A stretch of DNA of 64,000 nucleotides, taken from Tubulanus polymorphus. Taxonomy: Eukaryota; Animalia; Nemertea. Shown here in pieces: positions 38,968 through 52,400 of this stretch (positions are counted from its first letter, which is position 1; each line of letters begins with the position of its first letter). The position numbers and the translations under genes are program-made. The DNA lies in NCBI RefSeq assembly GCF_964204645.1, contig NW_027437468.1, positions 1-64,000 of the forward strand. Reading direction: 5' to 3'. The notes under the pieces were generated by a model. The model did not search any database and was not told the DNA's origin. It saw only the letters and a program-made list of their open reading frames with translations.

Positions 38968-41900
38968 TTGAAATCAGTTCAATACGCCTTTACTCATCTT
39001 TTCAGATTGAATCCATCATCTTTAGAACCAAAAGCAGCCAGAAAATTCTGTTTCTTTCCACCTATCTATTTGATATCAGTTCAATACACCCAAACCCATC
39101 AATTAAGTTATAATTCATCATCTTTAGAACCATATTTAGCTAGAAAAATCTGTATCTTTCAACCCATCTACTCGAAATAAGTTCAGTTTACCTTAACCTA
39201 TCATTTCGGATCGAGTCTATCATCTTCAGAACCAAATGCAGCCAGAAAATTCTGATTCTTTCCACCTATCTATTTGAAATCAGTTCAATACGCCTTTACT
39301 CATCTTTTCAGATTGAATCCATCATCTTCAGAACCAAAAGCAGCCAGAAAATTCTTATTCTTTCCACCTATCTATTTTAAATCAGTTCAATAAGCCTTAA
39401 CCCATCTTTTCAGATTGAATCCATCATCTTCAGAACCAAAAGCAGCCAGAAAATTCTGTTTCTTTCCACCTATCTATTTGAAATCAGTTCAATACGTCTT
39501 TACTCATCTTTTCAGATTGAATCCATCATCTTTAGAACCAAAAGCAGCCAGAAAATTCTGTTTCTTTCCACCTATCTATTTGAAATCAGTTCAATACGCC
39601 TTTACTCATCTTTTCAGATTGAATCCATCATCTTCAGAACCAAAAGCAGCCAGAAAATTCTGATTCTTTCCACCTATCTATTTTAAATCAGTTCAATAAG
39701 CCTTAACCCATCTTTTCAGATTGAATCCATCATCTTTAGAACCGAAAGCAGCCAGACAATTCTGATTCTTTCAACCTATCTATTTGAAATCAGTTCAATA
39801 TGCCGTAACCCATCTTTTCACATTGATCCATCATCTTTAGAAACAAAAGCAGCCAGAAAATTCTGTTTCTTTCCACCTATCTATTTGAAATCAGTTCAAT
39901 ACGCCTTAACCCATCTTTTCAGATTGAATCCATCATCTTCAGAACCAAAAGCAGCCAGAAAATTCTGATTCTTTCCACCTATCTATTTTAAATCAGTTCA
40001 ATAAGCCTTAACCCATCTTTTCAGATTGAATCCATCATCTTCAGAACCAAAAGCAGCCAGAAAATTCTGATTCTTTCCACCTATCTATTTTAAATCAGTT
40101 CAATAAGCCTTAACCCATCTTTTCAGATTGAATCCATCATCTTTATGACCAAAAGCAGCCAGAAAATTCTGTTTCTTTCCACCTATCTATTTGAAATCAG
40201 TTCAATACGCCTTTACTCATCTTTTCAGATTGAATCCATCATCTTTAGAACCAAAAGCAGCCAGAAAATTCTGTTTCTTTCCACCTATCTATTTGAAGTC
40301 AGTTCAATACGCCTTTAATCATCTTTTCAGATTGAATCCATCATCTTCAGAACCAAAAGCAGCCAGAAAATTCTTATTTTTTCCACCTATCTATTTGAAA
40401 TCAGTTCAATAAGCCTTAACCCATCTTTTCAGATTGAATCCATCATCTTTAGAACCAAAAGCAGCCAGAAAATGCTGTTTCTTTCCACCTATCTATTTGA
40501 AATCAGTTCAATACGCCTTAACCCATCTTTTCACATTGATCCATCATCTTTAGAAACAAAAGCAGCCAGAAAATTCGGTTTCTTTCCACCTATCTATTTG
40601 AAATCAGTTCAATACGCCTTAACCCATCTTTTCACATTGATCCATCATCTTTAGAAACAAAAGCAGCCAGAAAATTCGGTTTCTTTCCACCTATCTATTT
40701 GAAATCAGTTCAATACGCCTTAACCCATCTTTTCAGATTGAATCCATCATCTTCAGAACCAAAAGCAGCCAGAAAATTCGGTTTCTTTCCACCTATCTAT
40801 TTGAAATCAGTTCAATAAGCCTTAACCCATCTTTTCAGATTGAATCCATCATCTTCAGAACCAAAAGCAGCCAGAAAATTCGGTTTCTTTCCACCTATCT
40901 ATTTGAAATCAGTTCAATACACCCAAACCCATCAATTAAGTTATAATTCATCATCTTTAGAACCATATTTCGCTAGAAAAATCTGTATCTTTCAACCCAT
41001 CTACTCGAAATAAGTTCAGTTTACCTTAACCTATCATTTCGGATCGAGTCTATCATCTTCAGAACCAAATGCAGCCAGAAAATTCTTATTCTTTCCACCT
41101 ATCTATTTGAAATCAGTTCAATACACCCAAACCCATCAATTAAGTTATAATTCATCATCTTTAGAACCATATTTAGCTAGAAAAATCTGTATCTTTCAAC
41201 CCATCTACTCGAAATAAGTTCAGTTTACCTTAACCTATCATTTCGGATCGAGTCTATCATCTTCAGAACCAAATGCAGCCAGAAAATTCTGATTCTTTCC
41301 ACCTATCTATTTGAAATCAGTTCAATACGTCTTTACTCATCTTTTCAGATTGAATCCATCATCTTCAGAACCAAAAGCAGCCAGAAAATTCTTATTCTTT
41401 CCACCTATCTATTTTAAATCAGTTCAATACGCCTTTACTCATCTTTTCAGATTGAATCCATCATCTTTAGAACCAAAAGCAGCCAGAAAATTCTGTTTCT
41501 TTCCACCTATCTATTTGAAATCAGTTCAATACGCCTTTACTCATCTTTTCAGATTGAATCCATCATCTTCAGAACCAAAAGCAGCCAGAAAATTCTTATT
41601 CTTTCCACCTATCTATTTGATATCAGTTCAATACACCCAAACCCATCAATTAAGATAGAATTCATCATCTTTAGAACCATATTTAGCTAGAAAAATCTGT
41701 ATCTTTCAACCCATCTACTCGAAATAAGTTCAGTTTACCTTAACCTATCATTTCGGATCGAGTCTATCATCTTCAGAACCAAATGCAGCCAGAAAATTCT
41801 CATTCTTTCCACCTATCTATTTAAAATCAGTTCAATACGCCTTAACCCATCTTTTCAGATTGAATCCATCAACTTCAGAAGCATAAGTAGTCAGAAAATT

Positions 41901-44900
41901 CTTAATCTTTCAACCAATCTATTAAAAATCAGTTCTGTACATCCTAACCCATCAATTAAGATAGAATTCATCATCTTTAGAACCATATTTAGCTAGAAAA
42001 ATCTGTATCTTTCAACCCATCTACTCGAAATAAGTTCAGTTTACCTTATCCTATCATTTCAGATCGAGTCTATCATCCTCAGAACAGAAAGCAGCCAGAA
42101 AATTCTGATTCTTTCAACCTATCTATTTGAAATCAGTTCAATACGCCTTTACTCATCTTTTCAGATTGAATCCATCATCTTCAGAACCAAAAGCAGCCAG
42201 AAAATTCTGTTTCTTTCCACCTATCTATTTGATATCAGTTCAATACACCCAAACCCATCAATTAAGTTATAATTCATCATCTTTAGAACCATATTTAGCT
42301 AGAAAAATCTGTATCTTTCAACCCATCTACTCGAAATAAGTTCAGTTTACCTTAACCTATCATTTCGGATCGAGTCTATCATCTTCAGAACCAAATGCAG
42401 CCAGAAAATTCTGATTCTTTCCACCTATCTATTTGAAATCAGTTCAATACGCCTTTACTCATCTTTTCAGATTGAATCCATCATCTTCAGAACCAAAAGC
42501 AGCCAGAAAATTCTTATTCTTTCCACCTATCTATTTTAAATCAGTTCAATAAGCCTTAACCCATCTTTTCAGATTGAATCCATCATCTTCAGAACCAAAA
42601 GCAGCCAGAAAATTCTGTTTCTTTCCACCTATCTATTTGAAATCAGTTCAATACGTCTTTACTCATCTTTTCAGATTGAATCCATCATCTTTAGAACCAA
42701 AAGCAGCCAGAAAATTCTGTTTCTTTCCACCTATCTATTTGAAATCAGTTCAATACGCCTTTACTCATCTTTTCAGATTGAATCCATCATCTTCAGAACC
42801 AAAAGCAGCCAGAAAATTCTGATTCTTTCCACCTATCTATTTTAAATCAGTTCAATAAGCCTTAACCCATCTTTTCAGATTGAATCCATCATCTTTAGAA
42901 CCGAAAGCAGCCAGACAATTCTGATTCTTTCAACCTATCTATTTGAAATCAGTTCAATATGCCGTAACCCATCTTTTCACATTGATCCATCATCTTTAGA
43001 AACAAAAGCAGCCAGAAAATTCTGTTTCTTTCCACCTATCTATTTGAAATCAGTTCAATACGCCTTAACCCATCTTTTCAGATTGAATCCATCATCTTCA
43101 GAACCAAAAGCAGCCAGAAAATTCTGATTCTTTCCACCTATCTATTTTAAATCAGTTCAATAAGCCTTAACCCATCTTTTCAGATTGAATCCATCATCTT
43201 CAGAACCAAAAGCAGCCAGAAAATTCTGATTCTTTCCACCTATCTATTTTAAATCAGTTCAATAAGCCTTAACCCATCTTTTCAGATTGAATCCATCATC
43301 TTTATGACCAAAAGCAGCCAGAAAATTCTGTTTCTTTCCACCTATCTATTTGAAATCAGTTCAATACGCCTTTACTCATCTTTTCAGATTGAATCCATCA
43401 TCTTTAGAACCAAAAGCAGCCAGAAAATTCTGTTTCTTTCCACCTATCTATTTGAAGTCAGTTCAATACGCCTTTAATCATCTTTTCAGATTGAATCCAT
43501 CATCTTCAGAACCAAAAGCAGCCAGAAAATTCTTATTTTTTCCACCTATCTATTTGAAATCAGTTCAATACACCCAAACCCATCAATTAAGATAGAATTC
43601 ATCATCTTCAGAACCATATTTAGCTAGAAAAATCTGTATCTTTCAACCCATCTACTCGAAATAAGTTCAATTTACCTTAACCTATCATTTCGGATCGAGT
43701 CTATCATCTTCAGAACCAAATGCAGCCAGAAAATTCTGATTCTTTCCACCTATCTATTTGAAATCAGTTCAATAAGCCTTAACCCATCTTTTCAGATTGA
43801 ATCCATCATCTTTAGAACCAAAAGCAGCCAGAAAATGCTGTTTCTTTCCACCTATCTATTTGAAATCAGTTCAATACGCCTTAACCCATCTTTTCACATT
43901 GATCCATCATCTTTAGAAACAAAAGCAGCCAGAAAATTCGGTTTCTTTCCACCTATCTATTTGAAATCAGTTCAATACGCCTTAACCCATCTTTTCACAT
44001 TGATCCATCATCTTTAGAAACAAAAGCAGCCAGAAAATTCGGTTTCTTTCCACCTATCTATTTGAAATCAGTTCAATACGCCTTAACCCATCTTTTCAGA
44101 TTGAATCCATCATCTTCAGAACCAAAAGCAGCCAGAAAATTCGGTTTCTTTCCACCTATCTATTTGAAATCAGTTCAATAAGCCTTAACCCATCTTTTCA
44201 GATTGAATCCATCATCTTCAGAACCAAAAGCAGCCAGAAAATTCGGTTTCTTTCCACCTATCTATTTGAAATCAGTTCAATACACCCAAACCCATCAATT
44301 AAGTTATAATTCATCATCTTTAGAACCATATTTCGCTAGAAAAATCTGTATCTTTCAACCCATCTACTCGAAATAAGTTCAGTTTACCTTAACCTATCAT
44401 TTCGGATCGAGTCTATCATCTTCAGAACCAAATGCAGCCAGAAAATTCTTATTCTTTCCACCTATCTATTTGAAATCAGTTCAATACACCCAAACCCATC
44501 AATTAAGTTATAATTCATCATCTTTAGAACCATATTTAGCTAGAAAAATCTGTATCTTTCAACCCATCTACTCGAAATAAGTTCAGTTTACCTTAACCTA
44601 TCATTTCGGATCGAGTCTATCATCTTCAGAACCAAATGCAGCCAGAAAATTCTGATTCTTTCCACCTATCTATTTGAAATCAGTTCAATACGTCTTTACT
44701 CATCTTTTCAGATTGAATCCATCATCTTCAGAACCAAAAGCAGCCAGAAAATTCTTATTCTTTCCACCTATCTATTTTAAATCAGTTCAATACGCCTTTA
44801 CTCATCTTTTCAGATTGAATCCATCATCTTTAGAACCAAAAGCAGCCAGAAAATTCTGTTTCTTTCCACCTATCTATTTGAAATCAGTTCAATACGCCTT

Positions 44901-45600
44901 TACTCATCTTTTCAGATTGAATCCATCATCTTCAGAACCAAAAGCAGCCAGAAAATTCTTATTCTTTCCACCTATCTATTTGATATCAGTTCAATACACC
45001 CAAACCCATCAATTAAGATAGAATTCATCATCTTTAGAACCATATTTAGCTAGAAAAATCTGTATCTTTCAACCCATCTACTCGAAATAAGTTCAGTTTA
45101 CCTTAACCTATCATTTCGGATCGAGTCTATCATCTTCAGAACCAAATGCAGCCAGAAAATTCTCATTCTTTCCACCTATCTATTTAAAATCAGTTCAATA
45201 CGCCTTAACCCATCTTTTCAGATTGAATCCATCAACTTCAGAAGCATAAGTAGTCAGAAAATTCTTAATCTTTCAACCAATCTATTAAAAATCAGTTCTG
45301 TACATCCTAACCCATCAATTAAGATAGAATTCATCATCTTTAGAACCATATTTAGCTAGAAAAATCTGTATCTTTCAACCCATCTACTCGAAATAAGTTC
45401 AGTTTACCTTATCCTATCATTTCAGATCGAGTCTATCATCCTCAGAACAGAAAGCAGCCAGAAAATTCTGATTCTTTCAACCTATCTATTTGAAATCAGT
45501 TCAATACGCCTTTACTCATCTTTTCAGATTGAATCCATCATCTTTAGAACCAAAAGCAGCCAGAAAATTCTGTTTCTTTCCACCTATCTATTTGAAATCA
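38968..45600. repeat. Approx. 3159/3363-bp tandem duplication within the satellite
   Basis: Offsets are 3159 (39415/42574, 40191/43350) and then 3363 (40472/43835, 41311/44674). The copies share private variants CCGAAAGCAGCCAGACAATT and CTTTATGACC. Boundaries are approximate. Confidence 0.85.
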
Positions 45601-48600
45601 GTTCAATACACCCAAACCCATCAATTAAGTTATAATTCATCATCTTTAGAACCATATTTCGCTAGAAAAATCTGTATCTTTCAACCCATCTACTCGAAAT
45701 AAGTTCAGTTTACCTTAACCTATCATTTCGGATCGAGTCTATCATCTTCAGAACCAAATGCAGCCAGAAAATTCTTATTCTTTCCACCTATCTATTTGAA
45801 ATCAGTTCAATACACCCAAACCCATCAATTAAGTTATAATTCATCATCTTTAGAACCATATTTAGCTAGAAAAATCTGTATCTTTCAACCCATCTACTCG
45901 AAATAAGTTCAGTTTACCTTAACCTATCATTTCGGATCGAGTCTATCATCTTCAGAACCAAATGCAGCCAGAAAATTCTGATTCTTTCCACCTATCTATT
46001 TGAAATCAGTTCAATACGTCTTTACTCATCTTTTCAGATTGAATCCATCATCTTCAGAACCAAAAGCAGCCAGAAAATTCTGTTTCTTTCCACCTATCTA
46101 TTTGAAATCAGTTCAATACGCCTTTACTCATCTTTTCAGATTGAATCCATCATCTTTAGAACCAAAAGCAGCCAGAAAATTCTGTTTCTTTCCACCTATC
46201 TATTTGAAATCAGTTCAATACGCCTTTACTCATCTTTTCAGATTGAATCCATCATCTTCAGAACCAAAAGCAGCCAGAAAATTCTTATTCTTTCCACCTA
46301 TCTATTTGATATCAGTTCAATACACCCAAACCCATCAATTAAGATAGGATTCATCATCTTTAGAACCATATTTAGCTAGAAAAATCTGTATCTTTCAACC
46401 CATCTACTCGAAATAAGTTCAGTTTACCTTAACCTATCATTTCGGAACGAGTCTATCATCTTCAGAACCAAATGCAGCCAGAAAATTCTGATTCTTTCCA
46501 CCTATCTATTTTAAATCAGTTCAATACGCCTTTACTCATCTTTTCAGATTGAATCCATCATCTTTAGAACCAAAAGCAGCCAGAAAATTCTGTTTCTTTC
46601 CACCTATCTATTTGAAATCAGTTCAATACGCCTTTACTCATCTTTTCAGATTGAATCCATCATCTTTAGAACCAAAAGCAGCCAGAAAATTCTGTTTCTT
46701 TCCACCTATCTATTTGAAATCAGTTCAATACGCCTTTACTCATCTTTTCAGATTGAATCCATCATCTTTAGAACCAAAAGCAGCCAGAAAATTCTGTTTC
46801 TTTCCACCTATCTATTTGAAATCAGTTCAATACGCCTTTACTCATCTTTTCAGATTGAATCCATCATCTTCAGAACCAAAAGCAGCCAGAAAATTCTTAT
46901 TCTTTCCACCTATCTATTTGATATCAGTTCAATACACCCAAACCCATCAATTAAGTTATATTTCATCATCTTTAGAACCATATTTAGCTAGAAAAATCTG
47001 TATCTTTCAACCAATCTACTCGAAATAAGTTCAGTTTACCTTAACCTATCATTTCGGATCGAGTCTATCATCTTCAGAACCAAATGCAGCCAGAAAATTC
47101 TGATTCTTTCCACCTATCTATTTGAAATCAGTTCAATAAGCCTTAACCCATCTTTTCAGATTGAATCCATCATCTTTAGAACCAAAAGCAGCCAGAAAAT
47201 TCTGTTTCTTTCCACCTATCTATTTGAAATCAGTTCAACACGCCTTTACTCATCTTTTCAGATTGAATCCATCATCTTTAGAACCAAAAGCAGCCAGAAA
47301 ATTCTGTTTCTTTCCACCTATTTATTTGAAATCAGTTCAATACGCCTTTACTCATCTTTTCAGATTGAATCCATCATCTTCAGAACCAAAAGCAGCCAGA
47401 AAATTCTGTTTCTTTCCACCTATCTATTTGAAATCAGTTCAATACGCCTTTAATCATCTTTTCAGATTGAATCCATCATCTTTAGAACCAAAAGCAGCCA
47501 GAAAATTCTGTTTCTTTCCACCTATCTATTTGAAATCAGTTCAATACGCCTTTACTCATCTTTTCAGATTGAATCCATCATCTTTAGAACCAAAAGCAGC
47601 CAGAAAATTCTGTTTCTTTCCACCTATCTATTTGAAATCAGTTCAATACGCCTTTACTCATCTTTTCAGATTGAATCCATCATCTTCAGAACCAAAAGCA
47701 GCCAGAAAATTCTTATTCTTTCCACCTATCTATTTGATATCAGTTCAATACACCCAAACCCATCAATTAAGTTATATTTCATCATCTTTAGAACCATATT
47801 TAGCTAGAAAAATCTGTATCTTTCAACCAATCTACTCGAAATAAGTTCAGTTTACCTTAACCTATCATTTCGGATCGAGTCTATCATCTTCAGAACCAAA
47901 TGCAGCCAGAAAATTCTGATTCTTTCCACCTATCTATTTGAAATCAGTTCAATAAGCCTTAACCCATCTTTTCATATTGAATCCATCATCTTTAGAACCA
48001 AAAGCAGCCAGAAAATTCGGTTTCTTTCCACCTATCTATTTGAAATCAGTTCAATACGCCTTAACCCATCTTTTCACATTGATCCATTATCTTTAGAAAC
48101 AAAAGCAGCCAGAAAATTCGGTTTCTTTCCACCTATCTATTTGAAATCAGTTCAATACGCCTTAACCCATCTTTTCAGATTGAATCCATCATCTTCAGAA
48201 CCAAAAGCAGCCAGAAAATTCTGTTTCTTTCCACCTATCTATTTGAAATCAGTTCAACACGCCTTTACTCATCTTTTCAGATTGAATCCATCATCTTTAG
48301 AACCAAAAGCAGCCAGAAAATTCTGTTTCTTTCCACCTATCTTTTTGAAATCAGTTCAATACGCCCTAACTCATCTTTTCAGATTGAATCCATCATCTTC
48401 AGAACCAAAAGCAGCCAGAAAATTCTTATTCTTTCCACCTATCTATTTGATATCAGTTCAATACACCCAAACCCATCAATTAAGATAGAATTCATCATCT
48501 TTAGAACCATATTTCGCTAGAAAAATCTGTATCTTTCAACCCATCTACTCGAAATAAGTTCAGTTTACCTTAACCTATCATTTCGGATCGAGTCTATCAT

Positions 48601-49499
48601 CTTCAGAACCAAATGCAGCCAGAAAATTCTTATTCTTTCCACCTATCTATTTGAAATCAGTTCAATACACCCAAACCCATCAATTAAGTTATAATTCATC
48701 ATCTTTAGAACCATATTTAGCTAGAAAAATCTGTATCTTTCAACCCATCTACTCGAAATAAGTTCAGTTTACCTTAACCTATCATTTCGGATCGAGTCTA
48801 TCATCTTCAGAACCAAATGCAGCCAGAAAATTCTGATTCTTTCCACCTATCTATTTGAAATCAGTTCAATACGTCTTTACTCGTCTTTTCAGATTGAATC
48901 CATCATCTTCAGAACCAAAAGCAGCCAGAAAATTCTGTTTCTTTCCACCTATCTATTTGAAATCAGTTCAATACGCCTTTACTCATCTTTTCAGATTGAA
49001 TCCATCATCTTTAGAACCAAAAGCAGCCAGAAAATTCTGTTTCTTTCCACCTATCTATTTGAAATCAGTTCAATACGCCTTTACTCATCTTTTCAGATTG
49101 AATCCATCATCTTCAGAACCAAAAGCAGCCAGAAAATTCTTATTCTTTCCACCTATCTATTTGATATCAGTTCAATACACCCAAACCCATCAATTAAGAT
49201 AGGATTCATCATCTTTAGAACCATATTTAGCTAGAAAAATCTGTATCTTTCAACCCATCTACTCGAAATAAGTTCAGTTTACCTTAACCTATCATTTCGG
49301 AACGAGTCTATCATCTTCAGAACCAAATGCAGCCAGAAAATTCTGATTCTTTCCACCTATCTATTTTAAATCAGTTCAATACGCCTTTACTCATCTTTTC
49401 AGATTGAATCCATCATCTTTAGAACCAAAAGCAGCCAGAAAATTCTGTTTCTTTCCACCTATCTATTTGAAATCAGTTCAATACGCCTTTACTCATCTT

Positions 49500-52400
49500 T
49501 TCAGATTGAATCCATCATCTTTAGAACCAAAAGCAGCCAGAAAATTCTGTTTCTTTCCACCTATCTATTTGAAATCAGTTCAATACGCCTTTACTCATCT
49601 TTTCAGATTGAATCCATCATCTTTAGAACCAAAAGCAGCCAGAAAATTCTGTTTCTTTCCACCTATCTATTTGAAATCAGTTCAATACGCCTTTACTCAT
49701 CTTTTCAGATTGAATCCATCATCTTCAGAACCAAAAGCAGCCAGAAAATTCTGTTTCTTTCCACCTATCTATTTGAAATCAGTTCAATACGCCTTAACCC
49801 ATCTTTTCAGATTGAATCCATCATCTTCAGAACCAAAAGCAGCCAGAAAATTCTGTTTCTTTCCACCTATCTATTTGAAATCAGTTCAATACACCCAAAC
49901 CCATCAATTAAGTTATAATTCATCATCTTTAGAACCATATTTAGCTAGAAAAATCTGTATCTTTCAACCCATCTACTCGAAATAAGTTCAGTTTACCTTA
50001 ACCTATCATTTCGGATCGAGTCTATCATCTTCAGAACCAAATGCAGCCAGAAAATTCTGATTCTTTCCACCAATCTATTTGAAATCAGTTCAATAAGCCT
50101 TAACCCATCTTTTCAGATTGAATCCATCATCTTTAGAACCAAAAGCAGCCAGAAAATTCGGTTTCTTTCCACCTATCTATTTGAAATCAGTTCAATACGC
50201 CCTAACTCATCTTTTCAGATTGAATCCATCATCTTCAGAACCAAAAGCAGCCAGAAAATTCGGTTTCTTTCCACCTATCTATTTGAAATCAGTTCAATAC
50301 GCCTTAACCCATCTTTTCAGATTGAATCCATCATCTTCAGAACCAAAAGCAGCCAGAAAATTCGGTTTCTTTCCACCTATCTATTTGAAATCAGTTCAAT
50401 ACGCCTTAACCCATCTTTTCAGATTGAATCCATCATCTTCAGAACCATATTTAGCTAGAAAAATCTGTATCTTTCAACCCATCTACTCGAAATAAGTTCA
50501 GTTTACCTTAACCTATCATTTCGGATCGAGTCTATCATCTTCAGAACCAAATGCAGCCAGAAAATTCTTATTCTTTCCACCTATCTATTTGAAATCAGTT
50601 CAATACACCCAAACCCATCAATTAAGTTATAATTCATCATCTTTAGAACCATACTTAGCTAGAAAAATCTGTATCTTTCAACCCATCTACTCGAAATAAG
50701 TTCAGTTTACCTTAACCTATCATTTCGGATCGAGTCTATCATCTTCAGAACCAAATGCAGCCAGAAAATTCTGATTCTTTCCACCTATCTATTTGAAATC
50801 AGTTCAATACGCCTTTACTCATCTTTTCAGATTGAATCCATCATCTTCAGAACCAAAAGCAGCCAGAAAATTCTTATTCTTTCCACCTATCTATTTGATA
50901 TCAGTTCAATACACCCAAACCCATCAATTAAGATAGAATTCATCATCTTCAGAACCAAAAGCAGCCAGAAAATTCGGTTTCTTTCCACCTATCTATTTGA
51001 AATCAGTTCAATACGCCTTTACTCATCTTTTCAGATTGAATCCATCATCTTTAGAACCAAAAGCAGCCAGAAAATTCTGTTTCTTTCCACCTATCTATTT
51101 GAAGTCAGTTCAATACGCCTTTAATCATCTTTTCAGATTGAATCCATCATCTTCAGAACCAAAAGCAGCCAGAAAATTCTTATTCTTTCCACCTATCTAT
51201 TTGAAATCAGTTCAATACACCCAAACCCATCAATTAAGATAGAATTCATCATCTTCAGAACCATATTTAGCTAGAAAAATCTGTATCTTTCAACCCATCT
51301 ACTCGAAATAAGTTCAATTTACCTTAACCTATCATTTCGGATCGAGTCTATCATCTTCAGAACCAAATGCAGCCAGAAAATTCTGATTCTTTCCACCTAT
51401 CTATTTTAAATCAGTTCAATACGCCTTTACTCATCTTTTCAGATTGAATCCATCATCTTTAGAACCAAAAGCAGCCAGAAAATTCTGTTTCTTTCCACCT
51501 ATCTATTTGAAATCAGTTCAATACGCCTTTACTCATCTTTTCAGATTGAATCCATCATCTTTAGAACCAAAAGCAGCCAGAAAATTCTGTTTCTTTCCAC
51601 CTATCTATTTGAAATCAGTTCAATACGCCTTTACTCATCTTTTCAGATTGAATCCATCATCTTTAGAACCAAAAGCAGCCAGAAAATTCTGTTTCTTTCC
51701 ACCTATTTATTTGAAATCAGTTCAATACACCCCAACCCATCAATTAAGATAGAATTCATTATCTTCAGAACCATATTTAGCTAGAAAAATCTGTATCTTT
51801 CAACCCATCTACTCGAAATAAGTTCAGTTTACCTTAACCTATCATTTCGGATCGAGTCTATCATCTTCAGAACCAAATGCAGCCAGAAAATTCTGATTCT
51901 TTCCACCTATCTATTTAAAATCAGTTCAATATGCCTTAACCCATCTTTTCAGATTGAATCCATCAACTTCAGAAGCATAAGTAGTCAGAAAATTCTTAAT
52001 CTTTCAACCAATCTATTAAAAATCAGTTCTGTACATACTAACCCATCAATTAAGATAGAATTCATCATCTTTAAAACCATATTTAGCTAGAAAAATCTGT
52101 ATCTTTCAACCCATCTACTCGAAATAAGTTCAGTTTACCTTAACCTATCATTTCGGATCGAGTCTATCATCTTCAGAACCAAATGCAGCCAGAAAATTCT
52201 CATTCTTTCCACCTATCTATTTAAAATCAGTTCAATACGCCTTAACCCATCTTTTCAGATTGAATCCATCAACTTCAGAAGCATAAGTAGTCAGAAAATT
52301 CTTAATCTTTCAACCAATCTATTAAAAATCAGTTCTGTACATCCTAACCCATCAATTAAGATAGAATTCATCATCTTTAGAACCATATTTAGCTAGAAAA

